Below are positions 30,670 through 40,700 of a stretch of 64,000 bases of DNA, one piece after another (the stretch's first letter is position 1; every line of letters starts with the position of its first letter). Under the pieces are notes generated by a model, which was not told where the DNA came from, ran no database searches, and saw only the letters and a program-made list of their open reading frames with translations. Source of the DNA: Rikenella microfusus (GTDB lineage Bacteria; Bacteroidota; Bacteroidia; Bacteroidales; DYQK01); assembly GCA_020719385.1 (NCBI GenBank), contig DYQK01000001.1, positions 5,630 to 69,629 of the forward strand, read 5' to 3'. The position numbers were made by a program, and so were the translations under genes.

Positions 30670-31242
30670 TCATTTTTTATCAAGCGTTTTCTTAAAAATT
30701 CTTTGCAAAACAGACAAATCTTTTATTTTTTCGGGAAGTAAATGCAATTTTCCTTTGCTAAACATTTTTGGGGCAAGCATAACATCTTGCAAAAGGTTAA
30801 AAGTTTTCAATTTATAATTTTTGATTAGTCCGACCTCGTGAAGTCTGCCTGTACTTTTTACAATTTCCAAAAACGATTTATGAAAAGCGATAACATTTTT
30901 CATTTCAGGGTTTGTCTTTTCATTTTGAAAAGATTCCTGACGCAAAAAGTCCATAATCACAGGAATATCGACTTCCATCGGGCAACGAGCAATACACATT
31001 TCGCAAGTTAAACAAATCCAAATGCTTTTTGAACGCAAAATTTTATCATCCATTTGCGGAATTCGGGTTTGTAACATTCGCAAAACGACACTCGGCGGAA
31101 AATCCATTTCAGTTTCGGCAAGCGGACAACCCGCCGAGCATTTTCCACACTGATAACATCTTTCGACAGAAATTCCGCAATTTGCAAGAATTTTTCCTGC
31201 CAAAGAATCATCAATTTCGATATGATGTGCAGACGAGGACAT
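30670..31242 (-). CDS. HdrC-like 4Fe-4S dicluster protein
   Basis: Two ferredoxin motifs, CYQCGKCSAGCP and CLTCEMCIARCP. Confidence 0.8.
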   Translation of the reverse strand: MSSSAHHIEIDDSLAGKILANCGISVERCYQCGKCSAGCPLAETEMDFPPSVVLRMLQTRIPQMDDKILRSKSIWICLTCEMCIARCPMEVDIPVIMDFLRQESFQNEKTNPEMKNVIAFHKSFLEIVKSTGRLHEVGLIKNYKLKTFNLLQDVMLAPKMFSKGKLHLLPEKIKDLSVLQRIFKKTLDKK

Positions 31243-31267
31243 AAATTTTTCGAAAAATTAATTTTGC

Positions 31268-31275
31268 CAAAAATA
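31268..31275 (-). promoter_or_regulatory. -7 box TATTTTTG for the hdrC-like gene
   Basis: The plus strand reads CAAAAATA, 26 nt upstream of the ATG. Confidence 0.5.
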
Positions 31276-31292
31276 CAACTTTTTTTTGAAAT

Positions 31293-32267
31293 TTACAAAT
31301 TAATTTTCAAATTTTTTATTAATTCATAGATAGAAAAAAAGTTTTGATTCTCAAAGTTCCAAAAATATTTTTTCTCGGAATTTTTTTTGATAAAAATTTT
31401 TTTCTCGGAATTTTTATCTATTTGAAAATCAATGCGTTGCAGAGATTTTTGAGTCCAAAAAAATATTTTTTCGTCTTCTACGTCAGAAATCAAATTGACA
31501 AATTGAGGTTTTGGGTGTGAAAATTTAAAATTTCCATCTTTTTCGTCGAAAAACATCGAATTATCTGAAAATAAATTTGAAAAAATATTTTGCAAAATCA
31601 AATCCTCAGGTGCCGCTTCGAGAATGGTGTTGTTGTGAATCAGCCAAATTTTGTCGGCAATTTGCAAAACTACGCTTAAATCGTGAGAGGAAAAAATGAC
31701 GGTTTTATTTTCTTGATTCGTTAACTGCTTCAAAATCAAGAGAATATCAAATTTCGAAACAATATCTAAAAATGCTGTTGGTTCGTCTAATAAAATAAAC
31801 GGCGTATTTTGGGCGAGAGTGCGGGCAATCAAAGTTTTTTGCTTTTCTCCATCGCTAATTTCGTTAAAATTTCGATATTTTAGATGAGTTATCTTTGTGG
31901 TAATCAATGCTTTGTCGATAAAAAATCTGTCTGTTTCGCTTAAATTTCCGAAGTGATTTGTGTGCGGGAAACGTCCTGCGGCGACAACTTCGTACACTTT
32001 TAAAAAATTAACTGCGGGCAATTCCGTACTCACAAAAGAGAGATTTTTTGCCCATTCTTTGCGGGAATATTGGGAAATATTTTTTTCGAACAGAGAAATT
32101 TCACCTACTGCGGCGGGCAAAAGTTTCATTAACGTTTTGAGAAACGTACTTTTTCCTGTCCCGTTCATTCCGATGAGAGAAATTAATTCGCCTTTGTTTG
32201 CCGATAAATTGAGATTTGAAAGTAAAATTTTAGACGAATAACCAACGTTTAAGTTATTGATAATCAA
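31293..32267 (-). CDS. ABC transporter ATP-binding protein (FepC/BtuD-like) with a C-terminal extension of about 90 aa; no permease nearby
   Basis: Walker A GMNGTGKST, signature ISDGEKQK, Walker B ILLDEPTAFLD, H-loop SSHD. TTG start 4 nt after the sensor gene stop. Confidence 0.85.
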   Translation of the reverse strand: MIINNLNVGYSSKILLSNLNLSANKGELISLIGMNGTGKSTFLKTLMKLLPAAVGEISLFEKNISQYSRKEWAKNLSFVSTELPAVNFLKVYEVVAAGRFPHTNHFGNLSETDRFFIDKALITTKITHLKYRNFNEISDGEKQKTLIARTLAQNTPFILLDEPTAFLDIVSKFDILLILKQLTNQENKTVIFSSHDLSVVLQIADKIWLIHNNTILEAAPEDLILQNIFSNLFSDNSMFFDEKDGNFKFSHPKPQFVNLISDVEDEKIFFWTQKSLQRIDFQIDKNSEKKIFIKKNSEKKYFWNFENQNFFSIYELIKNLKINL

Positions 32268-32271
32268 AGTT

Positions 32272-35200
32272 TTACAATTTAATTCCTAAAATACTAATAT
32301 CATCTCGTTGCTCCTCTGAACCCTGATGCAGAGCAAGAGACTCAATAATGTTATTTTTTTGCTCTTCTAAGGAAAGAGAAATATTTTGCAGCAACATTGA
32401 AATAAATTTTTGCGTTCCAAAACGCGAGTGAGAAATGTTGCTTTGGTCGATAATTCCGTCAGTGGTGAGATAAATGAAATCATTTTTTTGCAGCGTTAGC
32501 TCTTGCTGCGAGAAGTCAAAATTGTCTTTTCCGACTCTTGCTCCGCCGATAGATTTTCTGTCTCCTTTGAGAATCGAAATTTCTTTTCCTGTGTTGCGAT
32601 AATAAAATAAAGATAATTTTGCACCGCCGAAAATGATTTTAACGTCTTGATTATCAAGATATTCTATTCGACAAAGACAAATATCCATTCCGTCATTATT
32701 ATCGTTTTTGCTTTGATTTAACGCAACTTGAATGCTTTGATTTAACGTTTTGAGAATTTCTGAAGGGTGAAAAATTTGTTTTTCGTTTACAATTTCGTTC
32801 AATAATCGACTTCCAATCATCGACATAAACGCCCCCGGAACGCCGTGACCTGTGCAATCGACAACTGCGAGAAAAATCATTTTGTCAACCATCGAAAACC
32901 AATAAAAATCGCCTGAAACAATATCTTTGGGTTTATAAATAATGAAAAAATCGAAAAATTGTTTAAGAATATCGGTTTGCGGCAAAATTGCGTTTTGAAT
33001 AGTTTGTGCGTAGAGAATGCTTTTTCGAATTTGTAAATTTTGAAACTCAAGTTTTTCTTTTTGCATCGAAATCTCGTTTTGTGCTTCTTTCAAAGACGAA
33101 ATATCGGTGTCAATGGCAACAAGTTTGCGAATATTTCCGTCAACATCTAAGATGGGCGTCAATGTTGTCTGAATCCAAATATTTTTCCCTTCGAAATTTT
33201 TCGTTTCAAATTCGTAGGTTACCGAAATTTTTTTCGTTTTACAAATTTCAATTTGTTCTTTTATATAAGAATCAGTTTTCGGACCGACAATATTTTCGCT
33301 AATTTCTTTGATTAATTGTTCAAAAGAGTAACCAAAAATCCGTCTAAAACCTTCATTTACCCACTCGAAACGTCCAAATTCGTCCATAATTAAAACGGCG
33401 TTGTCCGTTTCGCTTGCCACGAGAGACAATTTTTCCAATTCCTTGTTATTTTGTTCCAACAATTCGGCTTGTGCGAGGATTTCCTCTTTTTGCTGCACGA
33501 CCTCAGCTGTCCTTTGCCGTACAATTTCCTCTAATCTCAGATTTGCTGCCTTGAGTCTGCGAAGTTGATATTGCGTTGCGGCATAAAAGAGAAATATGCC
33601 AATTATCACGTAACCCGCATACGCCCAAGGAGTTCGATACCAAGGCGGCAAAATTTTGAACTTATAAATTGCTTCTTTACTCTCGATTCCAAAAATATTT
33701 TTCGCTTTCACGCGAAAAACATAACTTCCTGCAGACAAATTTGTATATTCCTTCAACGTTTTATTGTCCCAATGCGACCAATTTTTATCGAAACCTTCGA
33801 GTTGAAAACTATATTCGTTGGCAGATTCCTTCTCAAAACTTGTCGCAGCAAATTCAAAAGTTAAAGAATTAAATTTATATGGAAGTTTTAGAAACGTAAC
33901 CTCAGGCTGTTGACTTGTAAAAACGGGAAACATTTTTTCTTTCTGCAAAGAATCTTTAAAATATGTCCCAAAAAATATTGTTGAGTCGTTGCGAATAGTA
34001 ACATTTCGAATCAAAACGTTAAAATTTGTCTGAAAATTTGTAGAAATATTCGGGTTATAGCGAAATAAACCTTCGTTTGTACAAATCCACGCAATAGAAT
34101 CTTCCACCACAAACTGATGAATATACGTTGGTTTGTCAACAAACGGCACAGGTTTCCAGTCGTAAACACCCAACTGATTTTTTGCCAAAAAACCAACGCC
34201 AACACCTGAATTTATCCAAATTCTTTGTTTTTTGTCAATATAAATTTGCGTTGTTTTAATGGAGTCTTTCGCAAATTTTTCAGCAAAATTTATTTCAGGA
34301 ACAAACCTAACTCGTTGATTATCAAATATTATCGTTTTATAAATTCCTTTTGGAGTTGCCAAAAACAATTCATTTTTAGAAAAATGCAGAAAAATATGGT
34401 CAATTTGTGCTAAACCATCTTTTGTGTTGTAACTTTTCAACTCGTAATCGTTGATATTTTTGTTAAATTTCAAATAAATTAAACCGTTGAAAAGTGTTGA
34501 TAACCAAAGATTGCCGGCACTATCAACAGCAATATCTCGAATTGGGTCAGAGATTTCGTTGAAACGTTTATAACTAAGAAATTGTATATCTCCTTGATTT
34601 CGTTGCACTTGCAATGCGACAAGTCCGTCATAAACTCCTGCAAAAATATAATTTGGAAACTTCGGATTCTCAATTAGTCGGTAAGTTTTTCCCAAAGAAG
34701 GAAAAATTTGTGAATAATTTTTTGTGTCTATCAAAAAAATTCCTTTCGTCGAGCCTGCCAAAACTTTGTTACCGAGAGGTAACAATTCCCAAAACGAGGT
34801 TTTTATGTTGTTTGCCCAAATAAACGAATGTTGGTCGTTTTCGATATTTGTTTGATAATCGGGAAGGTAAAAAATTCCGTCTGCACTTCCGCAAAACCGT
34901 GTTTGCCCGACTTTTGCGGTAATAAGGGCAACTCCTTGCAGACCGTTTATTTGACTAAACTGCGTTATCGGAGAAATTAAGGAAATTTTCGAGATTCCGT
35001 CATCGCAAGCAGCCCAAAGATTTTGGTTGTTGTCAACTAAAAGTTGATGCACATTATTATTTCTCAAGCCGCGATTTTTGTTGATAATTTGCATTAATTC
35101 GCCGTTTTTATTGAGTAAAACTATTCCGCCGCTGACGGTTGCGAGGGCAAATAAATTTTCGTTAATTTTTTTGCCGCACTGAACTCCATTGTGTGCGAGA

Positions 35201-36012
35201 TAATTGTCAACTGACGTTGGAAGTTCGCGGATTAAATCGGAGAAAGAATGTTTTTTCGAGAAATTCCATTTTCCTTTGAGAAATAACTTTTTTAAATCAT
35301 AAATAAAAAGTCCTTTTTTTTCGGTAACAATTAAAATTTTAGACTCTTCGAAAGGTAAAATTACGAGATTTCCGAATTCGGCGGTAAAAAATTCGGTATA
35401 AGGAAGTGAGTGAAGTTGTTGATTATCAATGAGAAATAAACCTTTTTGTGAGTCGTGAAAAATTAAAAATTCGTTGTGAACGAGAAAACTATTTAAAAAA
35501 TTATAATTTTCGATTGTTTTAACGGTATCATTTTGATATAAAAAAATTTTTTTTTGCGTGAAAAAATAAACGCCGTTTTTTGTTGCGAAACATTTCCACA
35601 CATCTTTAAACGTTTTTTCTTGTTCAGAAAAGTGAGAAAGCAGCGAGATATATTTGACTTTTCCCTGCGTATTGCTTGCCAAATAGCCGAATTCGTTTTG
35701 TGCTGCAACATATATAACTCCTTGATTATCAACACTTAATGAACGCACAAGTGTATGATTCTTTGTCGGAATCATATTCCATTTTTTGCCGTCAAATTCT
35801 AATATTCCGTCAGTGTTGCCGAAGTATAAAATACCTCTTGGGTCTTGAGAAATAGTCCAATTTTGGGGGTCTGCGTTGTATTCTTTTGGGGAATAATTTC
35901 GAATGGCAGGAGCACCTGTTTCGAGATTTGCGTGCTGCGAGAAGACGGAAATTTCCACAAAATAAAACATTATCGCAAATATATATCGAATTCTGTTATG
36001 AGTTGATTCCAT
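32272..36012 (-). CDS. sensor protein: periplasmic beta-propeller (Reg_prop) + Y_Y_Y domain, TM, PAS, SpoIIE/PP2C phosphatase output
   Basis: 1246 aa with a repeated propeller region. Y_Y_Y-like segment YSFQLEGFDKNWSHW...GSYVFRVKAKN is followed by a TM helix, a coiled coil and a PAS domain. The PP2C core is SGDFYWF...VVDCTGHGVPGAFMS...TDG. Confidence 0.85.
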   Translation of the reverse strand: MESTHNRIRYIFAIMFYFVEISVFSQHANLETGAPAIRNYSPKEYNADPQNWTISQDPRGILYFGNTDGILEFDGKKWNMIPTKNHTLVRSLSVDNQGVIYVAAQNEFGYLASNTQGKVKYISLLSHFSEQEKTFKDVWKCFATKNGVYFFTQKKIFLYQNDTVKTIENYNFLNSFLVHNEFLIFHDSQKGLFLIDNQQLHSLPYTEFFTAEFGNLVILPFEESKILIVTEKKGLFIYDLKKLFLKGKWNFSKKHSFSDLIRELPTSVDNYLAHNGVQCGKKINENLFALATVSGGIVLLNKNGELMQIINKNRGLRNNNVHQLLVDNNQNLWAACDDGISKISLISPITQFSQINGLQGVALITAKVGQTRFCGSADGIFYLPDYQTNIENDQHSFIWANNIKTSFWELLPLGNKVLAGSTKGIFLIDTKNYSQIFPSLGKTYRLIENPKFPNYIFAGVYDGLVALQVQRNQGDIQFLSYKRFNEISDPIRDIAVDSAGNLWLSTLFNGLIYLKFNKNINDYELKSYNTKDGLAQIDHIFLHFSKNELFLATPKGIYKTIIFDNQRVRFVPEINFAEKFAKDSIKTTQIYIDKKQRIWINSGVGVGFLAKNQLGVYDWKPVPFVDKPTYIHQFVVEDSIAWICTNEGLFRYNPNISTNFQTNFNVLIRNVTIRNDSTIFFGTYFKDSLQKEKMFPVFTSQQPEVTFLKLPYKFNSLTFEFAATSFEKESANEYSFQLEGFDKNWSHWDNKTLKEYTNLSAGSYVFRVKAKNIFGIESKEAIYKFKILPPWYRTPWAYAGYVIIGIFLFYAATQYQLRRLKAANLRLEEIVRQRTAEVVQQKEEILAQAELLEQNNKELEKLSLVASETDNAVLIMDEFGRFEWVNEGFRRIFGYSFEQLIKEISENIVGPKTDSYIKEQIEICKTKKISVTYEFETKNFEGKNIWIQTTLTPILDVDGNIRKLVAIDTDISSLKEAQNEISMQKEKLEFQNLQIRKSILYAQTIQNAILPQTDILKQFFDFFIIYKPKDIVSGDFYWFSMVDKMIFLAVVDCTGHGVPGAFMSMIGSRLLNEIVNEKQIFHPSEILKTLNQSIQVALNQSKNDNNDGMDICLCRIEYLDNQDVKIIFGGAKLSLFYYRNTGKEISILKGDRKSIGGARVGKDNFDFSQQELTLQKNDFIYLTTDGIIDQSNISHSRFGTQKFISMLLQNISLSLEEQKNNIIESLALHQGSEEQRDDISILGIKL

Positions 36013-36073
36013 AAAGTTATAAATATTTCACAAACGAATATTACAAAAATAATACAATTTTTTCAATATTTTG

Positions 36074-36081
36074 CAAAAATA
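36074..36081 (-). promoter_or_regulatory. -7 box TATTTTTG for the propeller/PP2C sensor
   Basis: The plus strand reads CAAAAATA, 62 nt upstream of the ATG. Confidence 0.45.
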
Positions 36082-36101
36082 AAAATTTTTTTGTGAAAAA
36101 A

Positions 36102-37055
36102 TTAATATTTTCGTTGTTTTACGCAAAATTTATATGCGAGAAGGAATTCTATGCTTCCAAAATTGTAATTTTGTATTCTTGTGAAACCATATTGATATGC
36201 GAGGGCTGTTTGAAAACTTTCGCTGATAAAAAAACCTGTGAAAAAATTAATTGCGTTTCCGCCTTCTGCTTGTTCGGAGAGTGCGTTTTCGTAGGAAATT
36301 CCGACCCAAAAAAGTTTGCCGAGATGTAATTTTAGGTTAAAATCGGCTTTCACAAAATTAATTTCAGACATTTTAAACGAGAGAGAAGGTTCGATGGCGG
36401 TTTTTCTGTCAGGTAAATCGAATTTGTACGATGAAAAGAGAAAATAATGTCGTGGGAAATAGGGTTCTTCTTTGTTATATGAGCCGATTCTTTGCTTGAG
36501 AAGGTGCGTTCCTGATATTCCGAGTGAGAAATGACTTCCATAAATTAAAAATCCTGCGTTGAAATCGGGAGAAAATAAATTTTTTTCTGAATTGTCAATG
36601 TTTGGGTCGGGGTTTAATGTAGAAATTTTACTTCCATCGAAAGAAAAAACGCAACCAACAAACGAAATGCCAAGCGAGAAGTAATATTTTTCTCTTGAAT
36701 TATCGTCCATTAACATTTGGCTGTGAAAAGCATAAGTGAGTTGAAACCCTTTTTCTGAGTTTAAACCGTTTTTGTGTGAGAAGATTATTGCTCCGAGTCC
36801 GTGATAAGTCTCTCGTTTCGTTTTGAAAAGCGAACTTCGGGCAAAAACGCTCAGTGTTTGAGTATTCGGTGCATTTTCGAAGTTCAACCATTGATGTCTG
36901 TCGGTGAAATTTACGTTAACACAATTTGATTGTCCCGCTGCGGCGGGGTTTAACAAAAACGAATTTAACATATATTGTTTATAAATCGGCAAATCTTGAC
37001 TTTTTGAGTGTGCAAAAATCGAGAGTAAAATCAAAAAAAAGATATATTTTTTCAT
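36102..37055 (-). CDS. type IX secretion system membrane protein PorP/SprF
   Basis: Signal peptide, then the family-defining motif PIYKQYMLNSFLLNPAAAG, in a beta-barrel-like sequence. ATG at 37055, 21 nt after a TAnnTTTG box. Confidence 0.85.
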   Translation of the reverse strand: MKKYIFFLILLSIFAHSKSQDLPIYKQYMLNSFLLNPAAAGQSNCVNVNFTDRHQWLNFENAPNTQTLSVFARSSLFKTKRETYHGLGAIIFSHKNGLNSEKGFQLTYAFHSQMLMDDNSREKYYFSLGISFVGCVFSFDGSKISTLNPDPNIDNSEKNLFSPDFNAGFLIYGSHFSLGISGTHLLKQRIGSYNKEEPYFPRHYFLFSSYKFDLPDRKTAIEPSLSFKMSEINFVKADFNLKLHLGKLFWVGISYENALSEQAEGGNAINFFTGFFISESFQTALAYQYGFTRIQNYNFGSIEFLLAYKFCVKQRKY

Positions 37056-37075
37056 AAAATTCAAAAATTTCTCGA

Positions 37076-37083
37076 CAAAAATA
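37076..37083 (-). promoter_or_regulatory. -7 box TATTTTTG for porP/sprF
   Basis: The plus strand reads CAAAAATA, 21 nt upstream of the ATG at 37055. Confidence 0.5.
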
Positions 37084-37164
37084 ATAAAAAAATTTGAGAT
37101 AACAAATTTTTTTTATTCGAGAAAATATATTTATCTTTGTCTCTCAAAATTTTTTCACAAACCA

Positions 37165-37686
37165 ATGAAAACAAAACAAATTAATTTTTACTTCACTCCG
37201 CAAGACATTTCTGAATTTGAGAAATATATTTTGGCAAATTGGGAGATTATTCCGAATTTTTTGCCGACCAATAAAATCGAAACACAAAAACATTTCGAAA
37301 ATTTGTGTTATTTCGTTTTGCCGCAGCACAAAGACAAAGTGCAGTTGAAGTATATTTCTGCAAAAACTTTGTACAAAGTTGATATGAATATTAGTCCTGT
37401 GATAGAATTTGTGAATTCTCATTTAGACGAGTCTACGAATGTTTTGAGACGTGGCAGAATATTTTTTGCTCAAGAATTTTTGTTACATCATTCGTTTTTA
37501 TCTTTTCCAAATGATTTTGTTGAAAATGCAAAAAAATTATTTCGTTGGGTGCAAAAACATTTCAAAGATGTAAAATTAACAAATTACGAGGGTTTATTAG
37601 TTTCTGAAAACGCTTTAAAATGGCAACAACAGACAAGTGGAACTTTACTTTTGAATAATTTTACTCCCAAAACAAAAATTTTATAA
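37165..37686 (+). CDS. hypothetical protein
   Basis: 173-aa ORF with its own TAnnTTTG box (37132-37139) and a strong terminator hairpin. No family recognised. Confidence 0.5.
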   Translation: MKTKQINFYFTPQDISEFEKYILANWEIIPNFLPTNKIETQKHFENLCYFVLPQHKDKVQLKYISAKTLYKVDMNISPVIEFVNSHLDESTNVLRRGRIFFAQEFLLHHSFLSFPNDFVENAKKLFRWVQKHFKDVKLTNYEGLLVSENALKWQQQTSGTLLLNNFTPKTKIL

Positions 37687-37716
37687 AAAAAACCATCTCT
37701 TGCGAGATGGTTTTTT
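37687..37716. terminator. bidirectional intrinsic terminator hairpin
   Basis: AAAAAACCATCTCttgcGAGATGGTTTTTT, between convergent genes (37686 and 37739). Confidence 0.85.
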
Positions 37717-37738
37717 GTGTGAAAAATTTACGAAAAAC

Positions 37739-40700
37739 TTATTTAATTATCACTTTTTGAACAGAAACTCCGTTTTTATCAAAAACTTTTACAACGTAAG
37801 TACCTGAAATTGAGAGTGAAATTTTTGTAAACGAATTTTCCGAAGTTTGTAAAGCAACATTTTTGCCCATTATATCGAAAATTTCGATTTTCGAAGCACC
37901 CTGCAAATTGCTGATATAAACATCTTTCTCGAAAGAATAGATATTTACAGCGTTAGTCGCAAGCACTTTTTTCACGTCAGTTGCTGTTTTCTTGCCAAAA
38001 TGCAAATTAAATCGATGAGTGTTATCAGATGTTGAGTAGTCAAAAGAGTAATTTTCTTTCGACAAGTCAATAAATTTACCTGTCAAAATGTCTTCAAGAT
38101 AAACATTTTCAATTTTCATTTCAGTTGCTGCAACGGTGTAATTGCCCGATTTTCCTGCTTCGAAGTAAAGTGGCAACACATCTGTTGATGGTAAAATGTT
38201 CATTGCTGTAGGAATTCCGTCATCTGTTGTGGTGTAAAGATGTGGAAGAGCAAAATTTGATTCGAAAATTTTATACGCATCAAATTCGTTGTCGAAGTTT
38301 GTTGTTGCTTGTTCGTTGAACATAACAACGGTTTCGTCTCCTGTTGCGTATTCGTTTCCTGCTGAGAGTTTCAAAATTGACTGTTGAGTCGATTTATAAG
38401 TTGCTTGTTGTTGATGTTCGCGAGCGAGATTATTGACTTTGATAGTTCCTGTTGCGGTGTTGCAAATGACCATGAATCCTTGTGTTGCGGGGATTTTGCT
38501 TGTTGCACCGAATGTTCCTGTCGAGGTGGTTGCGTTGTAGGAAGCGATTCTTTCGCCTTGTAGGAAATAAATTGTCGGGGTAACACTCGTCTTAGCCCAT
38601 CCTTGTGGAATGCACCAGTTGATAGTTGATGGATATGGGTTTCCAATTAAATTTGCACCTGAACGGAGAGAATATACTTTTTCACCAGAGAAGAATTGTC
38701 CGCCTGTGAGAGTAATTGTGCGTAAGGCAGTTGATAATAAAACTTCGTATCCCTTCATTGGAGAGTTAAACGCTGCAACAGAGTAATTTTGTAAACCGCT
38801 GGTATAATTTGCGATGTTGCTTCCTGTGATTCCTGTGCCGCTGTTGAGTTGTTGTAAACGAATAGTTGTTCCGAGATTCGATACGGGAACCGTTGGCATT
38901 GGAATAGAAATCCAGTGTGGTCTCGGAGCATTTCCGTCATTGACAAATCGTTCTATGGAGTAAGTACCCGAACATCTCAAAACGCCGTTAGTGATTAACG
39001 AGCCTGTTCCGCGTGCGGTGTTACGAATCAAAATATTTCCCATTACGGTGACCGTTTTTCCTGTGTTGACGGTCAATTTTCCTGTCGGTGCAATAGTTAA
39101 ATTTCGTGCGGTGAGATTTAATCCGCTGTTGTTGATTCCAACGATATAAAGGTCTTCGATAATTGCGTTTGCAGAAGAATCGGGACTTCCGTTGTTCCAC
39201 GAAGTTCCGTTCCAAGTTGTTGTGCGAAAATCTACGGTGAGATGTGCAGAGTTAGATATTACTGTGCCGCATCGGTTTGTAACGGTGACGAAATAAGTTC
39301 CTGTGTCGGAAATAGAGGCACGTTGAATGTAATAATCTGAACTTATGCGACTTGCTTGACCGTTTTTATACCATTGATAAGTAAATTGTGGCGTTCCTGT
39401 TACTTGAACATCAAACGAAATTGCTTGTCCGAATGTTACTGTTGTGTCTGCTGGATGTGGTTGTTGAACGATAACGGGTTGCATACAAATGGGTACGCCG
39501 ATAGCACTTTTAACTGCTCGAATGTTACTGAAATCAGTAATTTCTGAAGTTTGAGAACTTTCGTCAATTTTAACAATAGTAGAACCAATTAATTCTGCGA
39601 CATAAAAATCATTTTGAAGTTTAGTGAGATATGTTGGAGAATATAATCCCGAAACAAAAGAATTATCTACATTGCTTCCGTTTAATAACGCACTTCCGAT
39701 GAATCCTTCGTTCATCGTCCAATAAATATTTGTGTTATCAATGAACATTCCTTGTGGAATATAGTCAGTAACAATGAAGGTGTCAGTAAATGATGCACCA
39801 TTAAATTCCATTCTTCCGATAAAACCGCTTTCTGAACTGAAATATACTTTTCCGTTCAAAACTTGCATTGCACAGCCTTGATTTGCGTTGGAATTACCAA
39901 TATTAATTGCATCGATTTGTGTTCCTGAAGCATCATAGACAAAAATCATTCCATAACTATACACAAAAAGTTTGTTTGAAGCATGGTCAAATTCGATGTC
40001 GTTGATTCCTGCTTCTGTGAGGAATGTATCAACTCCACTTCCGTCAAGATTTGCTTTTCTCACATAGTTTTCAGTAGCCCAATAAATTTTATTTCCTGCT
40101 CCGTCAATGGCAATATCAAGAATTTCAAAGTCATCGGCAACTAAAGTCACTCTGTTTGTGCCGTCAGGGTTCAAACGAGTAACTTTATAGAATCCTGCGG
40201 TATCCATTTCAGCAACGTACAAATATAATTGCCCAATTTGTAAATTTGCAAAAGTCGAAGTATCTGAACCACAACCATTCGAGACAATACAATAATAAAC
40301 GCCTGTGTCAGACATTTGTGTCGGACCAACAGACAAAGAATCGCTTGTTGCTCCCGAGATAGAAGCATTATTTCTGTACCACTGATAAGTTAAATTGCTG
40401 CCTGTTGCGGAAACACCTAATCTTGCTAATCTTCCTGTTTCGATAAAAATATCTTGAGGATTTCCAGTGATATTGGGTGCGTCACAAACGTTTACGGTTA
40501 AAGTAACATCATTAGTGCTGCGGCTGCCGCAAGAATTTGTTGCCTCGCAATTGTAAATGCCCTCGTTTGCTTCGGTGACAGAATTTAAAGTTAAAATTCG
40601 AGTTGTTGCCCCACTAATTGCGGCAGAATCTTTAAACCATTGATAAGTAATGTTTTGTCCCGTTGCATAAGTAGAGAAAGTTGTGTTTTGATAAGCGTCA

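Noticed and set aside
31367-31415. 30-bp tandem duplication (attttttctcggaattttt twice, 30 nt apart) as a possible regulatory repeat
   Set aside because: It lies inside the ABC ATPase coding region and is in frame (KNSEKKIFIK / KNSEKKYFWN). It is most simply a small coding duplication in a low-complexity tail. I mention it under the sensor-ATPase finding only.
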